A stretch of 64,000 nt of DNA from Candidatus Kaiserbacteria bacterium (GTDB taxonomy: Bacteria > Patescibacteriota > Minisyncoccia > Phycocordibacterales > UBA2100): positions 32,428 through 96,427 of the forward strand of contig JACROD010000023.1 of the NCBI GenBank assembly GCA_016214605.1, read 5' to 3'. The notes below the pieces were generated by a model that did no database searches, was not told the origin of the DNA, and worked only from the letters and a program-made list of their open reading frames with translations. Every line of letters starts with the position of its first letter. Position 1 is the first letter of the stretch. Positions 1-9,386 of the stretch are shown piece by piece. The position numbers were made by a program, and so were the translations under genes.

Positions 1-1797
1 CTTGGACATGGCCTCGCCGATCGTACTCATTGCGGTCGAGAGTGCATCTGATGCTGATTTGATAGCCGCATCATCCGTGCCGGTGCGGGCGGTCTTCAAG
101 GCGTCGATCTTCTCCTGGACATTTTTGCGGATATCTTCGCTGACCTTGTCGCCGTGCTCCTTGAGGGCCTTTTCGGCGGCGTAGACCATCTGGTCGGCGT
201 TGTTTTGAGCTTCGACGAGGTCTTTCTTTTTCTTGTCGGAGTCTGCATTGACCTCGGCGTCTTTACGCATCTTTTCTACATCGGCATCGGAGAGGCCCGA
301 TGAACCCTCGATGCGGATCGACTGTTCTTTGTTGGTTGTCTTGTCCTTGGCCTTGACCGTGAGGATGCCATTGGCATCGATATCAAACGTAACCTCAATT
401 TTTGGCATACCACGAGGAGCTGGCGGGATACCATCGAGATTAAATTCTCCAATGAACTTATTGTCCGCAGCCATGGAGCGCTCGCCCTGCACGACCTTAA
501 TAGTTACCTCGGGCTGATTGTCCGAATAAGTCGAAAAGGTTTGGGAGCGTGATGTGGGAATTGTTGTATTTCGATCAACTAGCCTGGTCGCTATGCCACC
601 AGACGTTTCTATGCCCAGCGAAAGCGGGATCACGTCGAGCAAGAGCACGTCTTTGACATCTCCCTGCAAGATACCGCCCTGGATCGCGGCACCGAGCGCC
701 ACAACCTCGTCGGGATTGACCGACATGTTGGGCTTTTTGCCGAAGAAGGTCTCGACGACCTTTTGGAGTGCGGGCATACGGGTCTGGCCGCCGACCAAGA
801 TGACTTCATTGATATCGGCCACCTTAAAAGGCGAGGCTTCCATCGCGCGCTTGGTGATGGTCATGGCGCGGTCGATGAATTCTGCCGTGAGATCTTCGAG
901 CTTGCTGCGTGAGAGCTTGAGGAGGAGGTGACGGGGGCCGGAAGCATCTGAAGTGATGAACGGGATGTTGATCTCGGATTCGATCGCGCTGGAGAGCTCG
1001 ATCTTGGCGCGTTCGGCGGCCTCGTCGAGGCGCTGGCGCGCGAGCGGATCAGTGCGCACATCGATGCCAGATTCTTTTTTGAATTCGTCGGCGATCCAGC
1101 CGATGATCTTTTGGTCGATGTCTTTGCCGCCGAGATGTGCGTCGCCGTCGGTACTGCGGACCTCGATCACGTCGTCGCCCACTTCGAGCACAGAGATATC
1201 GAAAGTGCCGCCGCCGAAGTCGAAGACAACGATCTTTTCATTCTTCTTTTTATTAAAACCATACGCGAGCGCGGCCGCGGTCGGTTCGTTGATGATGCGC
1301 TTCACGTCGAGTCCGGCGATCTTGCCCGCGTCGCGAGTAGCTTGGCGCTGACTGTCGTTGAAATACGCCGGGACGGTGATGACGGCTTCGGTGATCTTCT
1401 CGCCCAAGCGTGCTTCGGCGTCTGCCTTGAGCTTTTGCAAGATCATCGCCGAGATCTCTTCGGGGCGGAGCCACTTATCTTGCATCAGTACCTCGACGCC
1501 GCCGTTGTCGGATTTGCGGACCTCGAAAGGCACCGTCGCACGGTCTTTGGTGACACCCTCTTCATCAAATGAATGGCCGATGAAGCGCTTGATCTGATAG
1601 ACGGTATTCTTGGGATTGGTGACACCCTGACGGCGTGCAAGGACGCCGACGAGGCGCTCGCCGGTCTTGGAAGTAGCGACGACCGACGGTGTGGTGCGCG
1701 CACCCTCGGCATTCTCGATGATCTCCGGCTCGCCCCCATGGATGTAGGCAAAAGCTGAATTTGTCGTCCCCAAGTCGATTCCAAGAATTTTTGACAT
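1..1797 (-). CDS. dnaK: Chaperone DnaK (3' end outside window)
   Basis: Minus strand from CAT 1795-1797 reads [14 protein letters not shown]; [11 protein letters not shown] and [13 protein letters not shown] motifs visible; absent from the ORF track because it runs off the edge. Confidence 0.97.
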   Translation of the reverse strand, partial: MSKILGIDLGTTNSAFAYIHGGEPEIIENAEGARTTPSVVATSKTGERLVGVLARRQGVTNPKNTVYQIKRFIGHSFDEEGVTKDRATVPFEVRKSDNGGVEVLMQDKWLRPEEISAMILQKLKADAEARLGEKITEAVITVPAYFNDSQRQATRDAGKIAGLDVKRIINEPTAAALAYGFNKKKNEKIVVFDFGGGTFDISVLEVGDDVIEVRSTDGDAHLGGKDIDQKIIGWIADEFKKESGIDVRTDPLARQRLDEAAERAKIELSSAIESEINIPFITSDASGPRHLLLKLSRSKLEDLTAEFIDRAMTITKRAMEASPFKVADINEVILVGGQTRMPALQKVVETFFGKKPNMSVNPDEVVALGAAIQGGILQGDVKDVLLLDVIPLSLGIETSGGIATRLVDRNTTIPTSRSQTFSTYSDNQPEVTIKVVQGERSMAADNKFIGEFNLDGIPPAPRGMPKIEVTFDIDANGILTVKAKDKTTNKEQSIRIEGSSGLSDADVEKMRKDAEVNADSDKKKKDLVEAQNNADQMVYAAEKALKEHGDKVSEDIRKNVQEKIDALKTARTGTDDAAIKSASDALSTAMSTIGEAMSK

Positions 1798-1905
1798 AAA
1801 TGAGTGGATTGATTACGTAACAATAATAATCTAAATAAGAGAACTAAGCGAATACTTATACTTTAGTGGACTCTAGTAATTTCTAAAAATAATTATGTTT
1901 TGATT

Positions 1906-1947
1906 ATGCTCCTGTAATTCTCGCAATTGCGAGAATTACAGGAGCAT
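1906..1947. repeat. Perfect 42-bp palindrome (family A, copy 1)
   Basis: atgctcctgtaattctcgcaa|ttgcgagaattacaggagcat. Confidence 0.95.
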
Positions 1948-1969
1948 CTCATTACAGTATATTCATTGT

Positions 1970-2554
1970 TCATAACAAGTCAAATAATTTTGCGAATTGT
2001 CGCATGTCATGCACTTCGGTAGCGACGATGTAGCGGATGCATTCGTCTATGCCGTACCATTGTGCGATCGTATGAACTTCCTCGTGGCACTCGTAGGGAT
2101 ATATAAAGACTGAGCGTTGGTACAGACGAAACCCCAAGTCTTCAAGTTTGAGCCGGAAGGGGTCGCGTGCTTTGTTGTGTCGCGCAGGTAGATCAAACAT
2201 CACGAGACGCCATTTCCGATCCCAACGATAAGGCTTTTTGATCGTGATATCATAAATGGCATCCTCGTTAAGTTTTATGTGCCCTTCACTCGTCAGATAC
2301 ACATAGAGGTTGTTGCCGCGCTCTTCAATGCGTATGCGATTCTTCTGCTCGAGGTATTTTATGGTCTTCCAAATACGATTGCGTTCAGTGCGTCCCTTGG
2401 GATTGAGATAGTCGATGAGTTGGAGGGTATTGGGAGCGGCTATCGCCATGCTACCGACTACGATACCAGCGCCTACAAGCCGCAATATATCCTTCGTGAG
2501 CTCACCTCGTCGATACTCTGAGGCGGTCTTTATGCCCTTAAATTTCGTCGCCAT
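1970..2554 (-). CDS. PaaX-like protein (winged helix plus Cas2-like fold)
   Basis: YVYLTSEG wing followed by WDRKWRLVMFDLP and LGFRLYQRSVF, the PaaX central domain signature. Confidence 0.85.
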   Translation of the reverse strand: MATKFKGIKTASEYRRGELTKDILRLVGAGIVVGSMAIAAPNTLQLIDYLNPKGRTERNRIWKTIKYLEQKNRIRIEERGNNLYVYLTSEGHIKLNEDAIYDITIKKPYRWDRKWRLVMFDLPARHNKARDPFRLKLEDLGFRLYQRSVFIYPYECHEEVHTIAQWYGIDECIRYIVATEVHDMRQFAKLFDLL

Positions 2555-2560
2555 GAAAAA

Positions 2561-2589
2561 AGGTTAGCACAACAGACAGCTCCTGTAAA
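2561..2589 (-). promoter_or_regulatory. Putative sigma70 promoter of the paaX-like gene, with -35 inside palindrome A2
   Basis: Minus strand TTTACA (2589-2584), 17-nt spacer, TAACCT (2566-2561), 6 nt before the ATG. Confidence 0.6.
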
Positions 2590-2616
2590 ACTCGCAATTG
2601 CGAGAATTACAGGAGC
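2579..2616. repeat. 38-bp near-perfect palindrome (family A, copy 2)
   Basis: gctcctgtaaaactcgcaattgcgagaattacaggagc; 2 mismatches versus copy 1. Confidence 0.95.
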
Positions 2617-2726
2617 AGATACTTGACAGAGTGTGGCAATGTATGATAAAGTATATCCGGTAAAAATTGGCTAAATTGCACGGTTCGGAGGGGTCTTCGA
2701 GACTGTGCTTATCGGAGGATAAAACG

Positions 2727-3162
2727 ATGGTGCGTAAAATCCTGAATCAACATTGGTCCGGTTGTCTTCGCTCTGACGGCTATCGTGATAGCTACGGCTG
2801 TCATCGGTAGCTTCAATAAGTACACTGAGATGAAGGCACAGCAAATCGCCGCACTTTCCGTCGAACAACGAGCGTTGGCGGAGAAAAACTTCGACGATCT
2901 CGCGACGGCGTTGCCCAAAACCATCGTCGTCATGGAGATCCTATACGATGGGCACAAGGAAGAGCTTGTGCTGTTGTGCAGGACCTATGTCGACGAGAAA
3001 AATGTCATTTGGATTGTCCGTGGTTGCGGACATCCGAGAAACGATAGTTTTCGGTGGGGTCGGGATAGTGATATCTTCGAGCTCCTCACGATGAAAATTG
3101 TGGCACCGGATGCTCCCGAGTACGACAAATTCAAGGACGAATGTCTCGAAAGATTCTTCTGA
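2727..3162 (+). pseudogene. Membrane-anchored ORFan, apparently frameshifted near the 5' end
   Basis: GGAGG then ATG 2727; removing one A in ctgaatc joins MVRKIL to INIGPVVFALTAIVIATAV of ORF 2785..3162. Confidence 0.55.
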
Positions 3163-3211
3163 CAAGATTCGCCTGGCCGAACTGAGAGCGCTCGTTTATG
3201 AGCGCTCTCTT

Positions 3212-3790
3212 CTATTTTTTGACGATCACTTGGGCGGGGCGGAGGATTCTTTCGCTTGTCTTATAACCATAGCGGAGAATGCGGACTATTTCGCCCGACT
3301 CCCCTGCCACATCTTCCATCTCTTGGACTATTTCGTGCAGATTGTGATCGGACATGTCGCCGACCTTGGTATAGCGTGTGACGCCGTTGCGCGAGAGTGC
3401 GTCGAGGAGCTGGTTGCGGATTTGCTCGATCCCTGATCGCCAGGATTCGTCGACATTGGCCCAGGCTTCGCCGGTCGCGGCCATGTCGAAGCTATCGAGG
3501 ACGGGGATGATGTCTTCGATGATGGAGTCTTTGGCGCGAGATGCAGCACGATCCGCCGCGGCGAAGGCTTCCTTGCGGACATTGACACTCTCGGCCTTGC
3601 ATCGCTGCCAGCCGTCGAGGTATTCGTCGCGTTTGGCCTGCGCCTCTTTGAGCTGATCGCGGAGCTTTTTGATCTTGGTCTGCGCGCCGGCGAGATCGCC
3701 CATCTCCTCATCAGCCTCAAAATCAAGCTCCGGTTCGTCATGTGAATGGGCACCATTCACGTCGCCAGTGTCATCTTCGTGCTTAAACAT
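3212..3790 (-). CDS. grpE: Nucleotide exchange factor GrpE
   Basis: IIPVLDSFDMA and GYKTSERILRPAQVIV motifs. Confidence 0.93.
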   Translation of the reverse strand: MFKHEDDTGDVNGAHSHDEPELDFEADEEMGDLAGAQTKIKKLRDQLKEAQAKRDEYLDGWQRCKAESVNVRKEAFAAADRAASRAKDSIIEDIIPVLDSFDMAATGEAWANVDESWRSGIEQIRNQLLDALSRNGVTRYTKVGDMSDHNLHEIVQEMEDVAGESGEIVRILRYGYKTSERILRPAQVIVKK

Positions 3791-3882
3791 GTGGAAAATG
3801 ATAACATAGGGCTTGTTTTATGAGGTATTGACAAATATACACAGTTCTAGTTCTATAAGGAACTAGCTAGTAGGAGGGTCAC

Positions 3883-4235
3883 GTGTCACTGACACACAAG
3901 GACAAACTGAATCCACGATACGCCATGAAGCTTTTGGGGATAGCGGCTATCCTCGCGGCAATCTACCGGGGGCTTTATATGGCGGCTCACTACCGGCATG
4001 CGTTTCCTGTAGGCATCTTACAGATGTTGAATACGGTGATGAGTATCTTGGCGGCAGTTTTTTCGTCTATATAGGTTTCTCATACTTTCGCAAGTTGGGA
4101 GACTTTTGTGGCGAAGAGACGCGGGTCGAGGATATGCCGTATTTGTCCATCTTCTTCAGGAGACTGGGACACTGGGCGGGATGGATCATTTTGGTAGGAA
4201 GCTTACTATTCGCTCCCTACTTTATGCAACGCTAA
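3883..4235 (+). pseudogene. Disrupted membrane ORFan
   Basis: AGGAGG then GTG 3883; TAG at 4072; hydrophobic text continues downstream across frames. Confidence 0.4.
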
Positions 4236-4246
4236 CCAAGGAGGAT

Positions 4247-4577
4247 ATGTCGATGGTCATCAGTTCTGTGTGGAAACAGAAATTGCTCGAAGTCGCGATG
4301 TTCGCAATCCTCGCCATGGGCATCATATTCGAATGTTGATCCGAGGATCGTGATAGCGCTTTGGGTCTTGGAGGCACAAGCAGTCATTCTGTTCATCGCC
4401 TTCAAATACTGGAGACTGGAAGATCTGGCCAGACACATAAATCGAACGTATGTCGCCAAGCGCTTCGGCGAAAAGGTCGGCAAACGCTTCGAGTGGTGGT
4501 GCGGCAGTCTCGTCGGGTGGATCGTGGTGATATTCCTCACTACTTTCTGGTGGGAGAATTTTTACCGCTGTCTCTGA
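4247..4577 (+). pseudogene. Disrupted membrane ORFan
   Basis: AGGAGG then ATG 4247; TGA at 4337; hydrophobic continuation in ORF 4350..4577. Confidence 0.45.
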
Positions 4578-4616
4578 CTACCCTGTTCGTGCAATATGTG
4601 CACGAATCACAAACAA

Positions 4617-4650
4617 GCCCCCGGATCTTCGGATCCGGGGGCTCTTTTTA
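4617..4650 (+). terminator. Intrinsic terminator
   Basis: agcccccggatc-ttcg-gatccgggggct followed by a T run. Confidence 0.8.
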
Positions 4651-4726
4651 TGCACAGATATGCTTTGACAAATCTATTTTGTACGTTATTATTGTGCCGG
4701 ACCACAAAGGCATGGGAGAAGCCCAC

Positions 4727-5104
4727 ATGGACGACCTGATGTTTCGCTGCCGAGTTTACGGATATTTGTCCGGCGAAAACAACAAAAATTCGATGGAGCC
4801 GATGACGGTGGATGGTATACAAAAGGAGATCCAGAAGGACTGGGACACGGCCGGAAAGGCACCCCCATCTCCGTCGATCTTCTCCGAGCACTTTTCTTTT
4901 TTGCGACCCGATACTTCAAAGATCGGTTTGCCAGAGCCTGACGCGAAAAGGATCAAAAAAGCTCTTGAGACGCTCAAAGAAGAAAAGATGGTCGTTCATC
5001 CTATATTAGGGATGAACGAAAAAGGCGAGCCGGTCTATGATGAAAATCTCTGGATCAGGATCTATAGGGAGCCTGTACAGGAAACCGAACAGGAAGCAGC
5101 CTAG
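4727..5104 (+). CDS. Hypothetical protein (ORFan)
   Basis: TTGACA-N16-TATTAT promoter, GGAGA SD, ATG 4727, terminator at about 5129-5168. Confidence 0.6.
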   Translation: MDDLMFRCRVYGYLSGENNKNSMEPMTVDGIQKEIQKDWDTAGKAPPSPSIFSEHFSFLRPDTSKIGLPEPDAKRIKKALETLKEEKMVVHPILGMNEKGEPVYDENLWIRIYREPVQETEQEAA

Positions 5105-5184
5105 TCATCTAACTAAACAGTTCTTTTTACCGCTTCGAGTCCGATAAGGATCGGGGCGGTATTTTTTTATGCATACTCGATACG

Positions 5185-5207
5185 AAAAAACCCGGCTGGT
5201 GCCGGGT
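5185..5207 (-). terminator. Terminator after rpsI
   Basis: acccggc-acca-gccgggt-ttttt on minus strand. Confidence 0.75.
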
Positions 5208-5233
5208 CCTTTCTTTTTTGTCTTTGGGAGAAA

Positions 5234-5632
5234 TTAGCGCTTACTCCACTGTGGGGCGCGGCGGGCACCCTTGAGACCAAACTTCTTGCGTTCGCGTGAT
5301 CTAGGGTCGCGCTTGAGGTAGCCGCGGACCTTCAGGTCCTTACGCTGTTCGGGGACGATCTCGATCATGGCGCGGGCGACACCGAGACGGATCGATTCGG
5401 CCTGAGCCTTCAATCCCCCACCCTGGACCTTGGCGGAGACGGCGTAGCTGGCACCCACAGCCTGCATAGAGGCGTAGGCGGTCTTGATCATGACCTGAAG
5501 CGGAAAGTACTCCTCTGCGGTCTTGCCATTGACCATCATCGAGGCGCTCTTGGCCGGGACGATGCGGACGCGAGCCGATGCGGTCTTGCGGCGGCCGATG
5601 CCTTCTGTGTATGTCTGTGCTTTGGTAGCCAT
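5234..5632 (-). CDS. rpsI: 30S ribosomal protein S9
   Basis: GRRKTASARV and RRAPQWSKR. Confidence 0.97.
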   Translation of the reverse strand: MATKAQTYTEGIGRRKTASARVRIVPAKSASMMVNGKTAEEYFPLQVMIKTAYASMQAVGASYAVSAKVQGGGLKAQAESIRLGVARAMIEIVPEQRKDLKVRGYLKRDPRSRERKKFGLKGARRAPQWSKR

Positions 5633-5762
5633 AGGGATAGTGAATAGGGTTTAGCCACTAGCGACTAGTGATAAGGTTCCCCGATTGTATTTTATTTATA
5701 ATGTAATTCATAGGCGTTTTTTGATTTTTACTAATGGCTATACCCTAGTGGCTAGTCGCTAA
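5632..5762. repeat. Degenerate 7-nt periodic inverted repeat element
   Basis: tagtgaa-tagggtt-tagccac-tagcgac versus ctaatgg-ctatacc-ctagtgg-ctagtcg. Confidence 0.6.
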
Positions 5763-6114
5763 TAATAAGATTTTTCATGCGAGCGACGCGCATAGTGTTG
5801 TCGGGGAGCATACTGTGGATCGCACGGCGCACTGCCTCGCCATGGCCTTTGCGTGTGTTGAGCTTGCCGAGAGTCTCTTTCTTGAAGCCGCCCGGGTAGC
5901 CCGTATAGCGGGTATAGGTCTTTTGGATAAGCTTGCGCTCGCGGACGGTGAGCTTGGAGGTGTTGGTGATGTTGACGCGGACATTTGAACGGATATTGGC
6001 CGTGTACGAAGGCAGAGTCTTGCCCATAAGCATCTTGGCCGCCTCTGAGGCGACACGACCGAGGGACTTGCCTGCGGCGTCGATGGTGTATTCAGCTGTA
6101 GTGTGTGTGGTCAT
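5752..6114 (-). CDS. rplM: 50S ribosomal protein L13
   Basis: IDAAGKSLGRVAS and YTGYPGG. Confidence 0.96.
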   Translation of the reverse strand: MTTHTTAEYTIDAAGKSLGRVASEAAKMLMGKTLPSYTANIRSNVRVNITNTSKLTVRERKLIQKTYTRYTGYPGGFKKETLGKLNTRKGHGEAVRRAIHSMLPDNTMRVARMKNLIISD

Positions 6115-6118
6115 ACTA

Positions 6119-6475
6119 TTATTTTACAAATTCGATACGTGCGGATTCGGTGTGCTGCTTGCCAATCTGGCCCATGCGGACGATACGGGTATAACCACCT
6201 TGGCGGTCAGCATACCGCACTGCAAGCGTTTCGTGAAGCTTCTTGACGGCATCCGGGGCGCCTCCAAGGCGGCTGGATACAGTGCGCTGTGAGGCGACGG
6301 TGTTCTTCTTGGCCTGTGTCACCAATCGCTCCACGAAGGGGCGCAGCTCCTTGGCCTTGGCGATCGTGGTCACGATCCCCTCTTCAAGGACGAGTGAGCG
6401 GGCAAGGCCGCGCATAAGGCCGTTGCGCACGTGCTTCACGCGGCCAAATGTTCGTTTACGGTGAAAGTGACGCAT
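6119..6475 (-). CDS. rplQ: 50S ribosomal protein L17
   Basis: MRH, TTIAKAKELR and GGYTRIV. Confidence 0.97.
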   Translation of the reverse strand: MRHFHRKRTFGRVKHVRNGLMRGLARSLVLEEGIVTTIAKAKELRPFVERLVTQAKKNTVASQRTVSSRLGGAPDAVKKLHETLAVRYADRQGGYTRIVRMGQIGKQHTESARIEFVK

Positions 6476-6479
6476 AAAT

Positions 6480-6575
6480 TTAGTTGACAGTTGACAGTTG
6501 ACAGTTGACAGAAAAACCGCGAACGACGTTGGTCGCCACTGTAAACTGTAAACTGTAAACTGTAAACTTGTTCAT
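6480..6575 (-). repeat. 96-bp heptamer-repeat element encoding a 31-aa mini-ORF (copy 1)
   Basis: (ttgacag)4-core-(ctgtaaa)4; minus strand reads MNKFTVYSLQFTVATNVVRGFSVNCQLSTVN*. Confidence 0.85.
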
Positions 6576-6581
6576 AATTAA

Positions 6582-7553
6582 TTACTGTATACGCAGGGTA
6601 AGGCCAAGGTTGGATAGAGCCCTTTTAATGTCTTGCAAGCCCTTCTGACCCATGCCCTCGATCGCGAGAAGATCATCTTCGCGCTTGCGCACGAGGCCGC
6701 CGACCGTACGGATCGATGCGTTGTCGAGCGCCGCTTCGACGCGCTGAGGGAGATTGAGCTCGGTGATGCGGGTCTTCAGGACCTCGGCATCCATCGGGAT
6801 GGATTTGTCTTCGTTCTTCGTGGCGTTTTCTGCAGCCATGACAGGCGCCTCAACAACTTCTTCCTCCTTGAATCCAATGACCGCCTTGAGCTGATGGATC
6901 ATGGTCTCGATTGAAGTCTCGAGGGCCTCGCGCGGAGAGATGGTGCCGTCGGTCTCAATGATCATGCGGAGGCGGTTGAAATCGGTGCGATCGCCGACGC
7001 GCATGTTTTCTACTTCGTAATTGACGCGGCGAATAGGGCTGAAGATCGCATCGAGTGCGATGGTGCCGATGTCCACACGCTCTTTCTGGTGGATTTCCTT
7101 GGGGATATAGCCGAGACCGCGTTCTGCGCGGATCTCGATCTCGAGATTGGTCTTGGATGTGATACTCGCTATGGGAGTCTCCGGATTGAGGATCTCTACC
7201 TGGCCAGGAAGCTTCAAATCGGCGGCAGTGACATCCTTCGGACCTTTGACCGAGAGATGGATGGTCTGCGGTTCATCGGTGAGAAGACGGAAGCGGATCT
7301 TGCGAAGATTGAGCAAGATAGTGACCACGTCTTCTTTGACGCCTTCGATCGCGGAGAATTCGTGGGCTACACCAGGGATCTTGACGTGTGTGACCGCAGC
7401 GCCCGGAAGAGAAGAAAGAATGATGCGGCGAAGACTGTTGCCCAAGGTAAAGCCGTATCCCGGGTAAAGACCGTCGATTTCATAGATACCGCTGCGCTCG
7501 GATTCGCTTACGATACGTGGCTTTCCAGGAAGTGCGATGTGATAGTCAGACAT
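6582..7553 (-). CDS. rpoA: RNA polymerase alpha subunit
   Basis: GYGFTLGNSLRRIILSSLPGAA. Confidence 0.98.
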   Translation of the reverse strand: MSDYHIALPGKPRIVSESERSGIYEIDGLYPGYGFTLGNSLRRIILSSLPGAAVTHVKIPGVAHEFSAIEGVKEDVVTILLNLRKIRFRLLTDEPQTIHLSVKGPKDVTAADLKLPGQVEILNPETPIASITSKTNLEIEIRAERGLGYIPKEIHQKERVDIGTIALDAIFSPIRRVNYEVENMRVGDRTDFNRLRMIIETDGTISPREALETSIETMIHQLKAVIGFKEEEVVEAPVMAAENATKNEDKSIPMDAEVLKTRITELNLPQRVEAALDNASIRTVGGLVRKREDDLLAIEGMGQKGLQDIKRALSNLGLTLRIQ

Positions 7554-7629
7554 AAATGACGTTTTTGGCCGCTAAAATAATAAATTTCGATAATAAAAAT
7601 TTGAACACCAAAAGTTGGACTATTATACC

Positions 7630-8250
7630 CTATCTACTGTAAAACTCAAACACTGTTGCATAATCAAGTCCGGTCTCGGCGGGGCTGTAGGTGGGCTCAG
7701 TTTGGACCTCGACGCGCAGGGCGGAAAGGTCGACGGCGAGCCATGCTGGGATTCCGCGGACCTGCTCTTCCTTGGCCTCGGCGAGTCCGGCAAAGAGCGG
7801 GCTGATGCGGCTCCCTTCGCGCACAGCGAGAACATCGCCCTTGCGGACGCGATATGAAGGGACGGTGACACGGGTGCCGTTTACCGTGATGTGGCCATGG
7901 CTCACGACTTGGCGTGCAGCGCGGCGAGTAGCAGCGAGACCAGCGCGATACACGGCGCTGTCGAGGCGTGACTCGAGCTCTATGTGAAGCGATTGCGACG
8001 GATCGGCCTGTGTGAAGGCCTTCTCGGCATAATTAGAGAGTTGGCGCTCGGAAAGGCCGTATGTATAGCGTACGCGCTGCTTTTCGATCAGCTGCTTGCC
8101 GTAGTCTGATCCACCACCGCGTCCACCGCGGGTCTTTTTGCTGGCCTTTGAGCGAGCCTCAGAAAGCGCAAACTTCTGGGTCTGGGTCTTTTCGAAGACG
8201 CCAGCACCGAGACGCTTTGCTACTTTGTATTTTGATTTGACCTGCAACAT
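7630..8250 (-). CDS. rpsD: 30S ribosomal protein S4
   Basis: LIEKQRVRYTYG, LESRLD and ARQVVSHGHI; start taken at ATG 8250. Confidence 0.96.
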   Translation of the reverse strand: MLQVKSKYKVAKRLGAGVFEKTQTQKFALSEARSKASKKTRGGRGGGSDYGKQLIEKQRVRYTYGLSERQLSNYAEKAFTQADPSQSLHIELESRLDSAVYRAGLAATRRAARQVVSHGHITVNGTRVTVPSYRVRKGDVLAVREGSRISPLFAGLAEAKEEQVRGIPAWLAVDLSALRVEVQTEPTYSPAETGLDYATVFEFYSR

Positions 8251-8278
8251 AAAAGAAAATAAATAGATGATGAGAGGA

Positions 8279-8713
8279 TTATACGCGACGTGCCTTGCGC
8301 TTGCGCGGGCCATTGTGCGGGACCGGTGTGTCGTCGGCGATGCGAGACACTTCGATTCCCTTTCCTGCAAAAGCGCGAAGGGCTGACTCGCGGCCTGATC
8401 CGACGCCGCGGATGACCACATCCACCTCCTTGATGCCGATAATATTGGCCTTGTCGCCCACAATCTCCCCGACCTTGGCGGCGGCAAAAGGAGTGCCCTT
8501 CTTGGCGCCGGAGAAGCCAAGGGAGCCAGATGACGACCATGCGACGGCGTTGCCGTTCTTGTCCGAGAGAAGGACTTTTGTATTATTAAAAGTCGCCTCG
8601 ATGTGGAGGGTACCCGCGACGATGTTTTTCTTGGCTACACGTGCCAAAGAGCGCGACTTGAGTCCCGCGTCTACGCCGCCGCCTGATTTTCGTATGATTC
8701 GTTTTTTGCCCAT
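8279..8713 (-). CDS. rpsK: 30S ribosomal protein S11
   Basis: TFNNT, KKGTPFAA and TPVPHNG. Confidence 0.97.
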   Translation of the reverse strand: MGKKRIIRKSGGGVDAGLKSRSLARVAKKNIVAGTLHIEATFNNTKVLLSDKNGNAVAWSSSGSLGFSGAKKGTPFAAAKVGEIVGDKANIIGIKEVDVVIRGVGSGRESALRAFAGKGIEVSRIADDTPVPHNGPRKRKARRV

Positions 8714-8722
8714 GGTATTTTA

Positions 8723-8818
8723 TTAGTTGACAGTTGACAGTTGACAGTTGACAGAAAAAGCATTGAGCGCGTCGAGGCCCACTGTAAACTGTAAACTGTT
8801 GACTGTAAACTTGTTCAT
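8723..8818 (-). repeat. 96-bp heptamer-repeat element encoding a 31-aa mini-ORF (copy 2)
   Basis: Same arms as copy 1; minus strand reads MNKFTVNSLQFTVGLDALNAFSVNCQLSTVN*. Confidence 0.85.
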
Positions 8819-8821
8819 AAA

Positions 8822-9205
8822 TTATGTTTTCTCCAGCTTACGACGGCCGGATGTCATGGTCTTGCGGACGTTGCCGCGGACGGTGCGAGAATTGGTCTTG
8901 GTGCGTTGGCCGCGAGCGGGCAAACGGCGCAAGTGGCGGATGCCGCGGTGAGCTTTGATGTCGCGCAGGCGTCGGATATTGGCTGCAATTTCACGCTTGA
9001 GCTCGCCTTCTACCGGGCGCTTCTCGATAGCATCGCGCAAGGCTGCTTCTTGGGAATCGGTAAGATCCTTTGGTTTGGAGCCTGGATCAATACCAAGATC
9101 GATAAGAGTAGACTGCGCAAGGGGGCGTCCTACGCCATAGACCGCCGTGAGGCCAATCTCAAGGCGTTTATTGTCGGGGATGGTGATTCCTGAAATTCTC
9201 AACAT
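8822..9205 (-). CDS. rpsM: 30S ribosomal protein S13
   Basis: LTAVYGVG and RGQRTKTNSRT. Confidence 0.97.
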   Translation of the reverse strand: MLRISGITIPDNKRLEIGLTAVYGVGRPLAQSTLIDLGIDPGSKPKDLTDSQEAALRDAIEKRPVEGELKREIAANIRRLRDIKAHRGIRHLRRLPARGQRTKTNSRTVRGNVRKTMTSGRRKLEKT

Positions 9206-9217
9206 AAATATATAAAA

Positions 9218-9331
9218 TTATCCCTGGCGTTGCTTGTGGCGGGGATTGGTGCAGATGACCCAGAGCCGTCCGCGGCGACGCACGTGTCGGCAATGCATGC
9301 AGATTTTCTTGACAGAAGCTTTAACTTTCAT
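9218..9331 (-). CDS. rpmJ: 50S ribosomal protein L36
   Basis: Manual translation [37 protein letters not shown]. Confidence 0.96.
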   Translation of the reverse strand: MKVKASVKKICMHCRHVRRRGRLWVICTNPRHKQRQG

Positions 9332-9386
9332 GATGAGAATATGATGAAGATATTGAAATAGTATTGGAGACTCTTTATCACTCTAC

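Noticed and set aside
1798-1905. CIRCE element upstream of dnaK
   Set aside because: ttagtggactc only loosely resembles TTAGCACTC and has no GAGTGCTAA partner at N9.
1970-2554. Calling the PaaX-like genes (also 61645..62238) cas2
   Set aside because: They have an N-terminal wHTH, are twice the size of Cas2 and have no adjacent cas1 or array; the true cas2 is at 39224.
2727-4577. Alternative genetic code (TGA=Gly) as the cause of the broken ORFans
   Set aside because: Well-supported genes such as cas12a, cyoB and ung end in TGA, and the breaks need frameshifts rather than readthrough.
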